From Epithemia pelagica (taxonomy: Eukaryota > Protista > Bacillariophyta), in the NCBI GenBank assembly GCA_946965045.2, contig OX337238.1, positions 682,001 to 746,000 of the forward strand: a stretch of 64,000 bases of DNA. Reading direction: 5' to 3'. Position numbers and translations under genes: made by a program. The notes beneath the pieces were generated by a model. It searched no databases and had not been told where the DNA came from. It was given only the letters and a program-made list of their open reading frames with translations. Every line of letters starts with the position of its first letter. Positions within the stretch are counted from its first letter, which is position 1. Below, piece by piece: positions 43,044 to 54,400 of this stretch.

Positions 43044-44873
43044 CGTGTGGCGATTTGTTTGTCTTGGTTTCGCGTTTTCCAATTTTGTGCCTGAGAATAG
43101 AGACGATCGCCCATCTCACTTTTCGCTTCTCTTTTGCCTCACATTTTTGGTTCCGCTTTCAGAAGTGTCATTTCCAGTGTATCCCCAATTCGCAATACGC
43201 AACATCATGGGCAACACAAAAACGCAATATCAATTAGAAGGATGAATCAGATGGGGGAAGAAACAAGAAACAAGACACTCCGTACTTTAATCCAGTCAGA
43301 AGACACACCCAGAAAATATATAAGCCCTATTTTGGATTTATTGGCCGACCTTTTGGACTTTCATCTCCATTCTCCATCATCCATCATCCATCCATCCCTT
43401 TAACCATTCCAAATTACCCACACCCACCTCCCTCTCTGCCACCTCCTCTTCGCATCATTTCAAATTTCATTTTAGATTTGCGCTTATCCAAGACGTTCAA
43501 ACAGCGCAATTCGAGACAATAGAAGTGTCTCCAATTGACATACATCGAGAGAAATGCACGAGAGGAGTACTCCTATTCTTATAGGAGTAGCGGCCTAGCT
43601 TCCAATGCTAGAGAGTAAGAGAAAAGAGAAGCGCTGAATGTGATGATCAGCATGGAGTAGCTGGCCCTACTTGGTTTCGCATGGGAGATGGGAGATGGGA
43701 GATAGGTAGTAGTGTATTGCTTTCTTTTTCCTTGTTCTTTTCTCTTCTTGCTTCTTGGTTCTAGCACGATGTCTCCCGGACTGATGAGGACTGATGAGGA
43801 CTGAGGTCACTGAGGACTGAGGATACATGATACTTGTACTCTTAGATACATCACATCATACCTGACTCATACTAGTTAGTTCTCTTGTGATTTCTTATTG
43901 TATGCTTTGAGATTGGATAGCCCCAAGAGGAACAAGGATTTGGCGTTCGGCGTCCCACTCCCTCACATCATCATCTTTATTATTATTCATCTGTTTTCTT
44001 GCCCTCTCTTCTACTCTCTAGTCTCTACTAGCGGTAGGTAGTAGGTACTCCTACTAGTAGGTAGGTTCTGCCTTCTGCTGCCTCGCTCTCGCTGCCTGAA
44101 GCCTTGCTTTTGCTGATGTCAAAGAGTAACGAGTAATGAAAACGAAGCAGGTTAACCAGTAAAACCAGTGAAAATGACATGAATAATTATTGTGGGTTTA
44201 CTTCGATGTGTCATGTGTCGCTCGTCGCTCTTCGGGGGGACAAGGGTAGTGGGTAGCAATTGGGCCTACTCTACTAGGTAGTCTACTAGGAGTAGTCTAC
44301 TCTAGCTAGAGATGAATGATTCATGTGCGCTACGCCTACGCGCTACCGCTACCCCTTCTTCTTGTACTTCTAGATCTCTAGGGAGACCCCTCTCGGAACT
44401 AGATGTCGTCACGTCTCACCCTCCTATTTGCAGAATCTCCAGGAGATGGATCTTCTGTTTCCACTTTCCACCTTGGTGGTGGGTCACGGCGAAATAGTTC
44501 GTGTCGGCTTTTCGCTCGCATATTCGCTAGAGCCGAGCATGAAACATGAAACGCTTCATTTAGGCTCCTACCTCCTACTCTAAACCAAGGCGCTCTAGGC
44601 AATGGAACGCCCGTGGAAGTATGAGACATTTTCGCATGTTAAGCTGCTTCTTTAGTCCAGCATTATCGGGAGCTCCTCCCGTTGTGGCTGTGGCACACTT
44701 GTCAAAATAGGCCATATGCTGCTTGGAGTATCTGCTGTCGGAAAGCCATCAACGTATAGTATATACTTTGCCTTCTCCAGAGAACCGCACCCCCAACTAC
44801 CCTTTCATGTTTCCCAGTAATCTACCTCGTCATCCAAGTAAAACATAATCCAACATAGTATCTTGTTTCGACC

Positions 44874-46304
44874 TCAACATTTGGTTTCTGTGGATATCAC
44901 TTGACGTTGATACAGTGGCGTCTCAATCATGTACTTCCAAAACTGCACTCTTTCAACTTGGCTCATACGGTGCACTGTATCTACGCCCTGTTGTAGCAAG
45001 TCGTGCACTGTTGAGTTTGTTCCGCTATCATGTAAGAAATGAATCCGAGCCAAATGGAAGCCGTACCCCACGGCAGTTTCCACCAAGCTTGGACTGTTCT
45101 TTTTTGAGGCGTCCCTCGAGTCTGTTAAAGGCATAGGATGACGGGTTTCTTTTTCGTCCTTTTCTTGACTTTCGTCAAAGAGTCTCTGGAATTCGGGACC
45201 GCCAATACTTTTAATAGCTTGTTCAAAGATCGCTCCAGGCAAATTCTTGTACTTGCGACTTCCCGTCGAATGTCTTTCACTACATTCCGAAACTATTCTC
45301 TGTACAGTGGCGTATGTCTCCAGAGTGGAATCGTGACCTTTCAGATACTCCAGAAATCTATGAATTGGCGCCATTTGTGGGGCGTCAGGTCCAATAACGG
45401 TGGGAAGGACCTTGATTCGTTTATTTTGTTGTCGTAGTCCTTGTTCTTCTCCCAAGTCTGTCTCTTTTCTTTTCCTGTTGTCGCAGGTGGTGTCCCGCAT
45501 TGATGGATCAGGCGATATACACTGTACAGTAGCGTTCCCTGTTTGGTACTGGCTTCTCGATTGTTGTTTAGGAAGCGGCTGTGGACCATCGTCATCAGAT
45601 TGTGAGGTTGCGGGGACCGTGGTCTTTACTGTGTCTTCCATGGAACCAAGATCACTTGTGGAATGAGCAAGCAATGAATCGGATTGGTCGACAACCACGT
45701 GACAAAATTCTTTTGAATCAATGTCGTCCCCATCGCCTTGATTGGAATCCGCAACAGGTGCTCCACTTGCTTGCCAAAACTGGAGGGGTATGGGCTCAAA
45801 CACATCATCGCTGTTGCCGATAGTATTCGTCTCTGTGTTGCAGCCTTCGTTCTGACTCGATGTTTGCTTATAGTAATCCCATAAGCTTTCCATGAGGTTT
45901 CCGATTGGAGGGGATGCTTCGGACGAAAGACTTTGAGTGTCTGACACTTTTTCTTCTTCTGGTTCTTGATGTGGTCGAAAAATGGACGCCGCAACTTCTG
46001 TGGGAGTACGCGCGAGACATTCATGTTCCGCATCGTCGTCATCTTCGACAAAGAGTCGAGTGATGTGCTTTGACTTGGATCCTTCTTCCTTCGCAACACT
46101 TTTTATATCGGGAGTTTGTGGGGTGCTCCAGTCCTCGAATTGCTGTTTTGTGAGGATGGGATCATCGTCGCTGTCATCGTCAAACGAAAAAGACGTCAGA
46201 CGGGACGACTCAAGTGCAGTGTCCATCTCTGGCAGCCGCTGTTCGCAGTTTGATGCCGAAAGCTCAGACATGCTGATTGTGGGGAGACCTGGAGCCTTTT
46301 CCAT
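44874..46304 (-). CDS. Hypothetical protein, largely disordered, with a C-terminal helical domain
   Basis: 1.4-kb ORF from ATG 46304; acidic/Ser-rich N-half; helical segment IHRFLEYLKGHD...VQRIVSECSERH...IKSIGG. Confidence 0.7.
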   Translation of the reverse strand: MEKAPGLPTISMSELSASNCEQRLPEMDTALESSRLTSFSFDDDSDDDPILTKQQFEDWSTPQTPDIKSVAKEEGSKSKHITRLFVEDDDDAEHECLARTPTEVAASIFRPHQEPEEEKVSDTQSLSSEASPPIGNLMESLWDYYKQTSSQNEGCNTETNTIGNSDDVFEPIPLQFWQASGAPVADSNQGDGDDIDSKEFCHVVVDQSDSLLAHSTSDLGSMEDTVKTTVPATSQSDDDGPQPLPKQQSRSQYQTGNATVQCISPDPSMRDTTCDNRKRKETDLGEEQGLRQQNKRIKVLPTVIGPDAPQMAPIHRFLEYLKGHDSTLETYATVQRIVSECSERHSTGSRKYKNLPGAIFEQAIKSIGGPEFQRLFDESQEKDEKETRHPMPLTDSRDASKKNSPSLVETAVGYGFHLARIHFLHDSGTNSTVHDLLQQGVDTVHRMSQVERVQFWKYMIETPLYQRQVISTETKC

Positions 46305-48288
46305 GGAGCAGTTGGTGATGGTTGTCACTCTCGTCCCGCACTTTTTTTGTTTTGTGTGACCGTTTCTGGAAACTGAAAACTGATTCCGATTGGATGGGTT
46401 CTGAAAATTATGTGGGAGCGACGTTATCACGAGATGCGCCAACTGCTCTCGTCCAACGGCACATAGGGAGCATATCTAAAGATGTGCGCCGGCCCAACTC
46501 ACTCCCAAAGAATATTACCAAACCTTCGAAATAAGTGTAATGTACCGCTACTTATGAATCCATAGTGGGCTTAAACCATAGTGTGTGACAAAGACTAAAT
46601 CTGAACGAGCTGCGCAAAGACGGTCTTCTTATGAGCGCGCGAAACACTTGCGCGGATTCAATTCGATCGGTTTGGTTTTCGTTCCCAAGTTCCAACTCTA
46701 GTTGGCACGTGCACTACCTAAACTTTAAAATCAACTCTCAAACCTCTCTTTAGAAAGAGTCAATTGTAAAGTCGATCCCAACTCCCAACAACAGCACGAC
46801 AGAGCACCTACTCCTAATTCTCTACCAAGGTACTCCCGGAAAGGAAACGTTGGTGGTAGAAGGAACCAAGCCAAGAATAAGGAAGTTCTTGTGCGAGAAG
46901 GAAGTAGGGACCCAAGACCCAAGCCGTGGAAGTAGAGAAGCTACTCCTATTGATAGACTTGAGACTTGAGACATGGATACACATCAAAGAGATCATACAA
47001 AGGAGACAAATATGCACATACGGGAGTACATACTTTTCATCGAGCACTTCTTTCTACCTACGGTAGGATAGTGTGTTGGATGTTTTGACGTTTGGTTGGA
47101 TGTCTTGGAGTTGGATGCTCTCATGGTTCATCGCGCACGAGCAGCGCACGTGCGATCAGACAAACAAAAATGAGTCCTGAATATTTTGGTTATGCCCTAT
47201 ACAACTCGCAGCTCCCCCAAACCGAATCGTCCCCCAAAAGTTGATAAAACGCACAACGGCCCACTTTTACAAGACTGAAATTTCCACGCCGACCGAGCTA
47301 ACTTTTGGATCAATCACAACCATTATCAGCGGGAAGCGGGAAGCCGAACCCACGACGGATCCTGGGATTGCAAAATTGGAGTGATTGGCGTTGACGGTTG
47401 GCGGTCTTTGCCAAAACACGCAGGCTTCATAGATGGACATTGCGATTTAATTTTTGGATCACATGAGAGGTTTACTGCTCAACGAGATGAAGTTGGAGTT
47501 GGTTCGATCTGGGATCATAGGTCTTTAATCAATCGACAAACGCGCTCTCACCGGTGCGCAACAAAAACAAAGACTCATGATACTTCTTCCCGCAGGACTG
47601 CACGTTGCGTGTCCTGTTCAGCTCTTAAGTTCCCTACAACAGTGACCTTCGCTTGAGCCAAAGATCTTTGGTTGTCAAGTTTCGGCGTCAATCGTCGCGA
47701 GAGCCGAAGCCCCCGTTCGGTTCTTCCCTATCGCAACGCCTTCTTTAATGTTGACACTGCGTCTCCTCGCGTCGGGGGGCAATGGAAATGTTGATCCGTA
47801 CTGATGGAAATTTCATCCGACGAACTATCCGCATTGAGCTTTGCTGCAAAGGTATTATTTATTATACTCAATTAGGGTCAGACCAGGGTCTTGATTCAGT
47901 GGAAAGTTGGGAAGGTCGTCAAGCACGGGGTTTCAGTAGCATACCGGACTAGAGAATTCGAAATAGAAGATCGAAAAAAGGCAATTGATTGTTTCGGACT
48001 ACGTGTATTGGGCACGTCCTTCCTATTACTGCAAAATCGTAGCCTTCATCCAACAGTGACTCGTCTTCTTGACGCTCGAGCAGTTCTTTTGGAACTCATG
48101 TGAAGACGCTGTTCAAATGTGGCATGATGGTAGCTTGTGCACATAGTCTGCCTCGAAGTTTTCGGTTGCTTTTCGGCACAAAAATGAGGTGTGACGATCC
48201 CTACTAAGGTTAGGGTTTAAGGCAAAAGATACGAGATTTGCCTACATATATCGCACAAATCTTTTTTGGGTGTTGCACCAGAATCATC

Positions 48289-49116
48289 ATGTTGGTCCGA
48301 TCTCTGTTGTTCACAATCGTCTTATCGGTGGTTCTCGCCAGTAACCCGTACTCGTCGAACGTTGTGGAATTGACGGGCCGCAACTGGCGTCAAGAAGTCG
48401 AAGAGTCACCCCACGGCGTTTTGGTGAATATTTGTCGACAGGGCTGAGGCTACTGTCAGCGGCTCCAACCGGAATGGGAACGGTTGGCTGCCGCCGTCAA
48501 GGGAACCATCAAGATAGCCTATTGGGATACCGAACAAGCGTCACGGCGTCCGACGCTGTTGGGAGAAATCCAGGGCACACCGACGATTCGATTTTACAAA
48601 CCCAAACCGAAACAGGGTCCGAGTAACACCAAGAAAATTGTACAAGATTATCAGTACGAGCGGAAAGCTACCGAGATCAAAAAGTGGTTGGACAATCAAA
48701 TGCCATCCTTTGTAGAAGCGATTCGGGGAACGGCAGGTTTGACCAAGTTTCGTGAAAAGGCGGAACGCAACGGCTTGCCGCAAGTCCTTCTCTTTACCTC
48801 CAAGGCCAACACTTCGCCATTGACGAAATACCTGAGTACCGAATTTCGTCGACGACTGCTTTTGGGGGAAATCTATCCAACCAAGACGAATCAAGAGCTA
48901 TTGAAGGAATATGATTTGGTGGAGAACGAAAATTTGCCCGCCTTGTTTGTCATTCCGGTGAACGGAACCGAGCCGGTGCGGTACGAAGGAGAGGGCTTCA
49001 ATCGCATGAAGTTGCACAACTTCTTGGCCACGCATGCCCTCAAGACACCGGTGGCTCCCAAGAAGAAGGAAGAAAAGGAAGAAACAAAAGAAAAACCTGT
49101 CCACACCGAGTTGTAG
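48289..49116 (+). CDS. PDI-like thioredoxin-fold selenoprotein (UGYC active site; TGA 48445-48447 read as Sec), signal peptide and C-terminal HTEL, 275 aa
   Basis: ORFs 48238-48447 and 48484-49116 share one frame: VVELTGRNWRQEV...VNICRQG-TGA-GYCQRLQPEWERLAAAVKG...EIQGTPTIRFY. The TGA sits at the first Cys position of the CxxC motif. No GT donor is present to splice it out. Confidence 0.88.
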
Positions 49117-49238
49117 GAGTCTGGTAACGTGGAGCATTCAATATGAGTGTCGGAATGACGGACTTATCAAGTCCCGAACTAGTTGTGCAAGTCATGCTGG
49201 TGTTTCCCTTGCGTCCAACATGTCGCACGATGTTGATC

Positions 49239-49320
49239 ACTCGTTGGAAGAATCTGCGTGAAAGGCTGCTATCGCGAAGTATAAATAGAGAAATAGTAAT
49301 CATGACTTGTTTCTGCGAGT
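49239..49320 (+). promoter_or_regulatory. Tentative SECIS-like hairpin in the 3' UTR of the selenoprotein gene
   Basis: By-eye fold: GUGAA (49258-49262) opposite UGAC (49303-49306); lower helix ACUCGU/GCGAGU; upper helix 8 of 10 pairs. The apical AA is 15 nt from the core (canonical ~11-13), so the fit is imperfect. Confidence 0.3.
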
Positions 49321-49885
49321 CCCCGCTATGCTCTTCTTGATTGAACGTTTCTTGTCCTTGTTCTTCACGTGTATTTTGCGCTTCTCACTACACTCTTCGA
49401 TCCGTTTTTTCACAAAATGTTGGATGAGCAGCTGAACAAATGTAAAGGGAGTATGACGGACAAGTACCATAGTCCGAGCGATGTGGTGGCGTTGGCATGT
49501 GGTGGTATTGATAGCTGGGGATGCGCTGGAACCACCAGTAGGAGATCCACAAGATCTCCGTATTTATACAAAGCAAAGAGCAATCGCTTTGTCTGCATCG
49601 TCTTTCGAGGCCGGGGTGACGGATCGAAGATCCTCAAGGTGAACAAGTCGGTCGAAACGACTACGAATTCAATGGCGCGTACAATGGGAAAAGGACCTAG
49701 ATAGTGCCCACTAAAGCGGGCGCTCTGTGGTGAAAAGCTCGGCGGCTGGCCAATACTGTATCTTTCATCAAGATATCCTCACAAAGTTCACTCTCTAATA
49801 ATGTATCTATGAAATCTTTTGAATCCAACCAGACGTTGGAGTATCCTGGAAGGTGTTTGTCTTTACGCGGTTCCGAAAGAGCCAT
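49300..49885 (-). pseudogene. Disrupted coding remnant immediately downstream of the racemase-like gene
   Basis: MALSEPRK...WLDSKDFIDTLLESELCEDIL...RRAFHHRAPALV, a frameshift near 49690, then RFDRLVHLEDLRSVTPASKDDADKAIALCFV*IRRSCGSP...CQRHHIARTMVLVRHTPFTFVQLL (TAA 49564-49566). Family not recognised. Confidence 0.5.
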
Positions 49886-49893
49886 GATCACCG

Positions 49894-50937
49894 TTACTTT
49901 TGTTGTCTCTTTTGTTGTTGTTGTCGTTGTTCTTCCTGCACGGAAATGAGCAATTTCCGTTCTTCCTCGGTAAGATTATCACCCAATGTATATACCTGTT
50001 GCAAGCCGTTGAACTCCTCTTGCCAGGCATTCAAGCCAAATCGGGGATTGTCCAACAATCCTTCAATAAACATATTGGAACACGTAATGGCATCGTAGAC
50101 CGGCAGGCCCGTCGCATGACGAATGTCGTCCGAAAAGGGTGGCAACTGGGTACATTCCAACAAAAAGGCTCGCACGTGCGGATTCTCCTGAACCACGCGT
50201 TGCGCCAATGCCACAATCCCCGGTCGGACGCGTTCCAAATCCAATTGTGCCGCCACCGCTACGGCCTCAAAACCAGGCACGTCCTGACAACCGACCATTT
50301 CAAATCGTTTGCTGTCACACCGAATGCCACATTCTTCCTGGATCAAGTCGTACATGGGTTCCAACGACTGCAGATCGGCGGTAAAAATGGCAATTTGTTC
50401 TCGTTTCGAATAGGCCGAGACAATACTGGGTAGCTGTACCAAACTGCTCATAAAGACTGGTTTATCCGTGTGTTGTCGAGCCAAATCTTGAAACCAAAAC
50501 ATAAAGCCACAATCACCCGTAATGGCCGAAACACCCTGTGTCTGGTCCAGCCACACGACGGCATCAATAAAGGCTTTGCGAACGGCTGGCGTCAACTGTC
50601 CAGACTGACACATTTCAAAAGTGAGTCCAGGGACAGCCCGATAAAAGACACCATAGTTGAAACTGTCGGGTGAATCAATATCACCGGGAGCGGGTGGATA
50701 ATTGTAATCCAAGCGAATGACACCCAAGGTCGCATGCGCCCTTAAGGCACGAGCGCGAGGGGAGTCTACGACGGCCTTGAACAAGAGCTTTCGAACATTG
50801 AATCGTTGTAGGATTCGAAAGAGTTGATTGGTATCCCCACTCGTGTTGTTGTTGCTGGTTGGTGCACTGTGGTTGGACGTGGTGGTCGACGTGGGTCGGT
50901 GGTTGTTGCCCGAGTCTGTACTTTGAGAGCATCCCAT
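49894..50937 (-). CDS. Aspartate/glutamate/hydantoin racemase-family protein with N-terminal MGC acylation motif, 347 aa
   Basis: LGVIRLDYNYPPAPGDID, AITGDCGFM, PVFMSSLVQL, LLECTQLPPFSDDIR..TGLPVYDAI (two catalytic Cys positions). ATG 50937 gives MGCSQS. Confidence 0.8.
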   Translation of the reverse strand: MGCSQSTDSGNNHRPTSTTTSNHSAPTSNNNTSGDTNQLFRILQRFNVRKLLFKAVVDSPRARALRAHATLGVIRLDYNYPPAPGDIDSPDSFNYGVFYRAVPGLTFEMCQSGQLTPAVRKAFIDAVVWLDQTQGVSAITGDCGFMFWFQDLARQHTDKPVFMSSLVQLPSIVSAYSKREQIAIFTADLQSLEPMYDLIQEECGIRCDSKRFEMVGCQDVPGFEAVAVAAQLDLERVRPGIVALAQRVVQENPHVRAFLLECTQLPPFSDDIRHATGLPVYDAITCSNMFIEGLLDNPRFGLNAWQEEFNGLQQVYTLGDNLTEEERKLLISVQEEQRQQQQKRQQK

Positions 50938-51452
50938 CCTTCCAGAAAAATGGGAATCCACAACAGTCTATTGTAATGAGAAGAGTCGTAGGTCGTAGCT
51001 TCAGTCTTTTGTATCTTTGTTTACTGGATGCACACAAACAAGGGGATGCGTCGCATTGCTTTGTTCCAAGATATTTTGGTTGAAGAAAGATGAGGGTATC
51101 TTTGTTTCTCCAGACTCCCCTATCACACGTACAGACTTCCGTAGCGTTGGTAGATCGGTCCCGTGTGGCAAGTTGCAGATGGCGGATTTTCCCAACCTTA
51201 ATAGCGATCGAAACGCGAATTCCGATAACGACACAGCTCCGCACCACGCGAAGATACAGGCAACTTGCGTCATCCCTTCTTTTCCATCAAACTGCAAACA
51301 AAACAACGACGAAGAAGGTGTTGACTAGGTAGACAACAACGAGAGGCCCTTGGTATCCAATCATTCATTCCATCCAACAAGACGTGGTGTGTGTTGCTTC
51401 CTTTGCTCCCCTCCTCTTGACAGACAGACAGCATACCACAAACAGCCCTCCT

Positions 51453-54400
51453 ATGCTTTCTTGGTTTCAACACAATCATGGTCTAACGGTTTACACAACA
51501 AAAACATGGAGGCTCGAGGTTGTGGTTCTTTGGATTGCAGTGCTTGTCGTCCTGTGCACATGTTCCACCACCACACATGCCTTTGTCGGCCAAGTAGTAA
51601 TACAGGGTCCATCTCAACAGGCATCAACAAGAATACGGTCACAGACATCTACTTCTTCAGGGCTACAAAAGTACCGAAACCAGGAGAATAAACAGCATGT
51701 GGTGTTGGCACCAACAAGACGACGACATTCGATCGACACTAGATGGAGGACTAGTTTGGCTTCCTCATCTACAACCACGACGACTTTCTCAGTGGTATCC
51801 GAAGAAGAGAGGAGACCAGAAAGACCAGAAACCGGCAGAGTACCAGACCTGCAGTCGGCAGACCAAGACAATCCACAACAAAGAGAGTCACAAGGACAAC
51901 AGTCCTCCTCCCGAGCTTGGTCGACAAGGCCTTCCGTGACAACTACTGCCATGCACCAACCAAAACAGACGTCAACCATGGAAAAGCGTAGCAGCCACAA
52001 GACGGCGAGCATGGCTCCTCCCAAACAACAAGGACATGGCATGTCGTCCACCGCACAAACGGCATCGGCCAAGCCGAACAGGAACAATATGAAAGGAAGG
52101 AGCAAATCGTCCTGGCAAGCAGGATACTATACTTCCTTGAAGACACAAGGGTTGATCCAACGTGCTGCTGCTACCGGATCATCCTTTGGTCGGACGACGA
52201 GGCCATTGTCGTCGTCGTTGTCAACAACAACCATGTCACCTGGGACACCCCTGGGACGAGCGACGGCCGTATTGCAAACCTTGTTGTCCATTCCACCGGA
52301 TCGATGCAATGCTGCCAATCTGGTCTATGCCCTTACGCTTAGTGCCAAGCTTCAGGTACCGGCCACCAATCCCTTGCGTCACCATGGCGACGACACCACT
52401 GAAAATGACGACGAAGACGACATGGCTGTCTCACAAGAGGTGGCCGTGTTCCGTTCCTTGTTGGTCCAAGCGGTGCAGGTGATGAGAGAAATGGTGAGCA
52501 TGAAACAGAAAAAGAAGGGAGGCTTGACACCACGACAACTCTGTAATGCCGCATGGGCCTTGGCCAAACATGTGGATCGAGATCCTTTTTTGTTGCGACT
52601 CAAGGCCGAGGACCGTCCTGCTGGTTCAACACTGACTCATGACGACACACCAGCCGCAATAGGCGAGACCAAGAATGATGATGATAACAGCAACCATGTC
52701 TTGGTAGTGGATTTGGCGGTGGATGAGATTGCGGCCTCATTAATTCGTACCTTGCAAAGCAATTCGACCATGGTGAAAAATGGAGAATTGTGCATGGCCG
52801 CATGGGCCTATGGAGTGTTACGGGAACGACAACGACCTCCCGGATGGAAAACCCGTCCTCGCATGGGCACGGTTGTCTTGCCCAAACAACCACCAGCACC
52901 ACCACCATCCACCGACCATTCCTCCTTTCCCAATCACCCGGGGGCATCCTTTTTTCAATTTGTGCGCAATGAGGAATGGGATTCCAAAAGTCGACGACCG
53001 ATGCACAACCCTTCCAGGAAATTATTTGGAAAACTCAAGGTACCCGAGGTTCATGACGACGAAGAAAACGACGACAACTTGGAGGAGGACGTCATTCAAG
53101 TTCCTTCTCCGACAATTACAGACTTCCTCTTTGATGAGATAGCCTTGGCTCTCAATCAACCAGCAGTGATTGGTGTAGAACCACATTTGGAGGCCGTCGT
53201 GAATGGAACTGAACTGTTTGGCAGCAGCGACTTGAGTGATGTGGAACTGGGAGAAGAAGAAGATAGTGTTGCCTGGCGCATTGACACGTGTCAGTGGAAT
53301 GAATTGGCCATTGTGGCATGGGCGTTTGCGACACATGGATGGTCCTGCTCTCCGTCGGCAGAGTTGGTACTCATGCGAATTGCCAATGAAACAACACGGC
53401 GACTCAAGAAGGGGCAGCGACTACCACTCAAGGCCAATGGAAGCTACATGCCCTACAAGCTGAGCCGTTATGCAGGCGAACATAAGAGCAAACGGGCGAG
53501 TAGTCGGGATATTGCCCAACTCATTTGGTCGTTGGGAATTGCGCAATCGGACAATTTCCGGTTGGCCGACTCGTTGGTTGCAGTGGTGGAAACGTTGCGG
53601 GACAATCTGCGGCACTATCAGATGAACAACAAGGATGGACCATCGTACTTTTCGCGCTGGAGTTGTGCCGATTTGGTGCAAGTCGCATTGTCACTGGCGC
53701 ATGCTCGCATGGATGAAAGCGAAATCCTCTGTGCTCTGTACCAGGAATCATTACGACGGCTACCCACTCGGGGGAATTCCGATTCCATGGATGGCAATCG
53801 GCAGACATTTTTCTTTTGGGAGGTTACGATTTTACTTTGGGCGCAAGCCCGATTACACTTGACTGTGGAACAAGATGCAATATTTGAGGAATTCTCAACC
53901 GCGGTTGTAGCCTCTCTTCATGCGGCGGCAGTAGAAGCCCAGGACGGCGAAACGCAGAGCTTGCAATCGATTGGTATAGGATCACAAGAAAAGGCAAACT
54001 TGGTCTGGTCCCTCGTCATTCTGGAACAATACAATTCATCCACGTCCATTGATCTCTTGTCTCGTATCTTTGCCGAAGTGTCTTCGGAATGCCAAGTGGA
54101 GGGTTGTATTCAGTTGGAGCATGCGCATCAATTATGGCAAGCCTTGTTTTTGCTGGAGAGCGAGAGTCCACTGGCAGTGGCCGATACACCAGCATGGTTT
54201 CGTGATTATTTGCAATCGCAATGGCGGAATGAAAAGGCGCGGCCCAAATTGAGCAGTGCACGACACCGCGCTCTCAGTCACACCTTGTCCCAAATGGGTG
54301 TGGCGCATCACAACGAAGACGAAGAGGACATTGATGTCGCTATCGTTCTAGAACCGAATGCGCTGTGGACCCACCAAGCCGCCTGGAAGACGGCCAGCGA

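Noticed and set aside
43779-43823. CTGATGAG repeats as a hammerhead ribozyme core
   Set aside because: No flanking stems or GAAA/NUH elements; a simple degenerate (CTGA[TGA]GGA) repeat.
43560-44340. CTACTAG/TAGTAG-rich low-complexity tract as a transposon
   Set aside because: No terminal repeats, TSD or coding remnant identified; treated as intergenic low-complexity DNA.
48430-48470. Micro-intron removing the TGA in the PDI-like gene
   Set aside because: No GT donor nearby, and splicing would delete the CxxC active site.
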